Assembly: GCA_038245295.1 (NCBI GenBank)
Contig: JBBRSP010000026.1
Span: 19,810-83,809, forward strand
Source: Candidatus Binatia bacterium
GTDB lineage: Bacteria; Desulfobacterota; Binatia; HRBIN30
DNA length: 64,000 bases
Direction of reading: 5' to 3'
Shown: piece after piece, positions 60,996 to 64,000 of the stretch
How positions within the stretch are numbered: the first letter of the stretch is position 1
How the letters are laid out: each line of letters begins with the position of its first letter
Notes under the pieces: generated by a model
What the model saw: only the letters and a program-made list of their open reading frames with translations
What the model was told of the DNA's origin: nothing
The model's database searches: none
Position numbers and translations under genes: made by a program

Positions 60996-61211
60996 CGTAT
61001 TACTTACGTTCGAAATCGCCGCGACGCGCGAAATGATCTGGCGAACTTGAAACTAGCGTGCGGTTCCTTGCCACGGATGAACACCGATGAACACAGATGC
61101 AGGCCCTTCGGGCCTGCGCTGCGCGCATGGCGGGGGCAAGCCCATCTGTGTTCATACCATTTATCCGTGGCAAACGGCCTCTCGGTTGGGTTGCGGGCGA
61201 AGCGCGCGTCG
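60996..61211. repeat. Intergenic hairpin element, copy 2 (ends shared with 13220..13392)
   Basis: Left end CGTATTACTTACGTTCG, right end GGTTGGGTTGCGGGCGAAGCGCGCGTCG; internal arms TTGCCACGGATGAAC...ACAGATG / CATCTGTGTTCAT...ATCCGTGGCAA. Confidence 0.75.
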
Positions 61212-61444
61212 TGAACTTCGTGGAGGGCAAGAAGGACACCCATCTCCGCCCGGCGACAGTCGCTGAGCAGTGCGTTCATCCAAGGCGCTGATCTCACGGC
61301 ACAATCGCGGAGCCTTGTGGGTGGGTGTCCAACAAGGGCGCCCGACGCGACGGCGGCGTAACTTTCTCGCACGGTCACCACCTGGCACCTCCGAGCCGGC
61401 ACTCCCAATTGCGTAACCGATGGTTGCTGCGTATCAGCATCAAC

Positions 61445-62707
61445 ATGAGCCGAGATCCTTCCGCGTTGTCCGATCGCAAGCGTCGCGTCTTCGACCTGTC
61501 GCGCGAATATCTGATGCCGGCTCGGGTGGCGGCGTGGGAGAATCTCGGTGTGCCGTTGGTCATCGGCCGGCGCGAGGGCTATCGACTGTGGGATCTCGAC
61601 GGGCAGGAGCTGCTCGACGTCCACCTCAATGGTGGCACCTACAATCTCGGTCACCGCAATCCCGAGCTCGTCGAGCTCCTGCGCGCGTCACTCGACGAGC
61701 TTGACGTCGGCAATCATCACTTCCCGTCCGAGGCACGTGTCGAGCTCGCCGAGAAGCTGGCGGCCTGTACACCCGGTGATCTGCATTACTCGGTCTTCGT
61801 TCCCTCCGGTAGCGAAGCCAACGACCTTGCCATCCGTGTCGCCCGCCGGGCTACCGGGCGCCGCAAGATCGTCGCGCTGGAAGCCGCATTTCACGGCCGC
61901 ACGGCGTTGAGCGCAGCGGCCGGCCAGGACGACATGGCGCGATTCTTTCTGGCCGACTACCCCGACGAATTTTCGACGGTGCCGTTCAACGATCTGGAGG
62001 CAATGGATCGCGCGTTGGGCAGTCGCGACGTTGCGGGTGTGCTGATGGAAACGATGCCCGCCACCTACGGCTTTCCGGTACCGAACGACGACTACCTTCC
62101 TGGCGTGAAGCAATTGTGTGAGCGCTATGGGAGCCTCTACATCGCCGACGAAGTGCAGACGGGCCTCGGGCGCACGGGCCATCTGTGGGGAATTGAAACC
62201 TGGAAGGTGGAGCCCGACGTCCTGGTTACCGGCAAGGGTCTCTCCGGCGGGCTGTATCCGATGTCGGCGGTCGTCATGACCCGACCAGTCGGGAATTGGT
62301 TGTCCGAGCAGGGCTGGGCGTACGTCTCGACCTTTGGCGGTGCCGAGCTCGGGTGCCGGGTTGCATCGCGCGTTCTCGATATCTGCTCGCAACCGCAGAT
62401 CCTTGCCGGCGTGCGCCGCATCGCCCAACGTCTGACCGCCGGGCTGGAGGTGCTGCGCCAGCGCCATCCGTTCTTCACGGCGGCCCGCCAACTAGGTCTG
62501 GTGATCGGTTTGGAAACCGCCAGCAGTCTCGGCGGCATGCAACTGTCGCGGGCTCTGTACCGGCACGGCGTGTGGGCGATGTTCTCCGGCTTTGCGCCGT
62601 CGGTTCTGCAATTCAAGGTCGGCCTGCTGGTCGATGATGCGTATTGCGACCTGCTGCTCGAACGCCTCGACGCTGCGTTGAGTGACGTCGAACGAGAGAA
62701 CTCCTGA
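61445..62707 (+). CDS. Class-III PLP-dependent aminotransferase family protein
   Basis: G..LWDLDG...LD, LGH, SGSEA, FHGRT, DEVQTGLGRTG, PD....GK.LSGG, TFGG. Confidence 0.93.
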   Translation: MSRDPSALSDRKRRVFDLSREYLMPARVAAWENLGVPLVIGRREGYRLWDLDGQELLDVHLNGGTYNLGHRNPELVELLRASLDELDVGNHHFPSEARVELAEKLAACTPGDLHYSVFVPSGSEANDLAIRVARRATGRRKIVALEAAFHGRTALSAAAGQDDMARFFLADYPDEFSTVPFNDLEAMDRALGSRDVAGVLMETMPATYGFPVPNDDYLPGVKQLCERYGSLYIADEVQTGLGRTGHLWGIETWKVEPDVLVTGKGLSGGLYPMSAVVMTRPVGNWLSEQGWAYVSTFGGAELGCRVASRVLDICSQPQILAGVRRIAQRLTAGLEVLRQRHPFFTAARQLGLVIGLETASSLGGMQLSRALYRHGVWAMFSGFAPSVLQFKVGLLVDDAYCDLLLERLDAALSDVERENS

Positions 62708-63712
62708 ATGGACTTCGCCGGCCTTTCCCACGACGAGCAAGTTGCCGCCTTGCTCGCTCTGGCGGCAAAAGCGCTACCGGCCTGGGAGATCGCGCATCCT
62801 CATCTCGATCTCATCAAGTATCGCGAGAACGCCGTGTTTGCCGTCCACGGCAGCGATGGCAGCCGCGCCGTGATGCGCGTACACCGTCCACGTTATCGCA
62901 GCGACGACCAGATCCGCGCCGAGGCAGCATGGATGCAAGCTCTCGATGCCGCGGGCATTCACACACCGCAGGTGCTGCGGACGCGCGACGGGGATGTTCT
63001 GACGATTGCCCAGGCCGGCGGCGTTCCAGAGCCGCGGCAGTGCGACGTCATGCGTTGGATCGACGGCCAGCCACCGGGCACGCTCGAAGGTGGGGTCACC
63101 GACAGCGAGGAATCGGTGCATGCACTCTATCGCTCTGTCGGTGTGCTGGCGGCGCACCTGCACGACCACGGGGCGAGCTGGGAAAAGCCGACGGGCTTCA
63201 CGCGGCCTTCCTGGGATGTCGATACGCTCGTCGGCGACAACCCGACGTTCGGCCGATTCTGGGACCTCGAATCCCTGACAGCCGAACAGCGAACCACGTT
63301 GCTGGCGGCGCAGGACCGGGTGCGGCAGCGACTGTCGCAACTGCCGGGTACCGACGTGCTGATTCACGGCGACCTCGTTCCCGACAACCTGCTCGTCGAC
63401 GGCTCCACCGTCCGCATCATCGACTTCGACGACTGCGGTTGGTCTTGGATCAGCTTCGAAATGGTTACCTCACTTTTTCCGTTGCAGGTGAGCGGAGGTC
63501 TCGGAGCCGGACGCGACGGCTATCTGGAAGGCTACCGCAGCGTTCGCTGCTTCCCAGACCACGAGCTGGAGTTCTTCCCCGACCTCATGCTGGCGCGCGG
63601 CTTGAGCTATCTCGGTTGGCCGGTCGGACGCCCGGAGATCGAAGCGATCCGCGCCCTGACGCCGTTCATGGCGGTCATGATGACCGAGGCCGCGGCGCAG
63701 TATCTCGGCTGA
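62708..63712 (+). CDS. APH/choline-kinase-like phosphotransferase (homoserine kinase type II / hydroxylysine kinase-like)
   Basis: EN..F, R.HR, IHGD...DN, IIDFDD; starts immediately after the aminotransferase stop. Confidence 0.9.
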   Translation: MDFAGLSHDEQVAALLALAAKALPAWEIAHPHLDLIKYRENAVFAVHGSDGSRAVMRVHRPRYRSDDQIRAEAAWMQALDAAGIHTPQVLRTRDGDVLTIAQAGGVPEPRQCDVMRWIDGQPPGTLEGGVTDSEESVHALYRSVGVLAAHLHDHGASWEKPTGFTRPSWDVDTLVGDNPTFGRFWDLESLTAEQRTTLLAAQDRVRQRLSQLPGTDVLIHGDLVPDNLLVDGSTVRIIDFDDCGWSWISFEMVTSLFPLQVSGGLGAGRDGYLEGYRSVRCFPDHELEFFPDLMLARGLSYLGWPVGRPEIEAIRALTPFMAVMMTEAAAQYLG

Positions 63713-63944
63713 GGGCTATCCTCGTTCGTGCCCGAGGCGGATGCCTCAAATCCCGAAGCGTGCAAGAGCCGCAGAGATTCGCTGTCGGAACCCCGGATCG
63801 AGAAACGGGAAGGAGCGGGAGAAATCTGCCTGCGTCAGGTCCGGCCTCCGACGCGGCCGCCTGCCCATGAACCCTGGTTAGTCGGTTCTCATTCTGCTTT
63901 GAAAGTCTTCTGGGTGACTGCCTCCCATCGTGCCTAGAGCCCCG

Positions 63945-64000
63945 TCAGGCAGCATTCTTCGGCTCGATCATGACCGTGTATCCAAGCTCCGCAAGCCGTC
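63945..64000 (-). mobile_element. Partial CDS (last 17 codons), probable IS110-family transposase C-terminus
   Basis: RLAELGYTVMIEPKNAA* resembles the R-L-x-x-L-G-Y-x-V-x-L-x-P-x-A-A tail of long IS110 transposases; only 17 residues are visible. Confidence 0.45.

Noticed and set aside
60843..61654. ORFs 60843..61214, 61000..61239 and 61004..61654
   Set aside because: Translations of palindromic repeats (ICVHRCSSV, HLCSSV) or antisense to the aminotransferase.
63713..63893. Bridge/seek RNA downstream of the putative IS110 gene
   Set aside because: No subterminal inverted repeat or guide-loop structure could be supported, and the element probably ends near 63894.

Overview
A GC-rich bacterial chromosomal window made mostly of housekeeping genes: gatCAB, serS, purU, uvrB, argH-dapF-dapA-dapB, glmU, recG, and a pyrR-pyrB-pyrC-carA-carB operon with a PyrR-type attenuator. 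Lipid/acyl-CoA enzymes and many secreted, Cys-rich or repeat-containing surface proteins are interspersed. Gene content and the 'CxGDCNGDGxVTIDEL' repeat protein suggest a deltaproteobacteria-like lineage, probably Candidatus Binatia (inference only). No rRNA, tRNA or CRISPR array was found. Most notable observations: (1) a nitrosocyanin-like cupredoxin with an altered, probably His3Cys copper site; (2) two adjacent large exported proteins sharing an unrecognised C-terminal domain, heading a cluster of secreted FG-GAP/PKD proteins; (3) an unannotated 27-codon leader ORF whose RBS lies in the PyrR-binding stem and which reads through the terminator; (4) two intergenic elements with near-identical ends but different hairpin cargo, plus several GTAG-type REP families; (5) the probable tail of an IS110-family transposase at the right edge. 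All calls come from reading motifs by eye; no database search was run.
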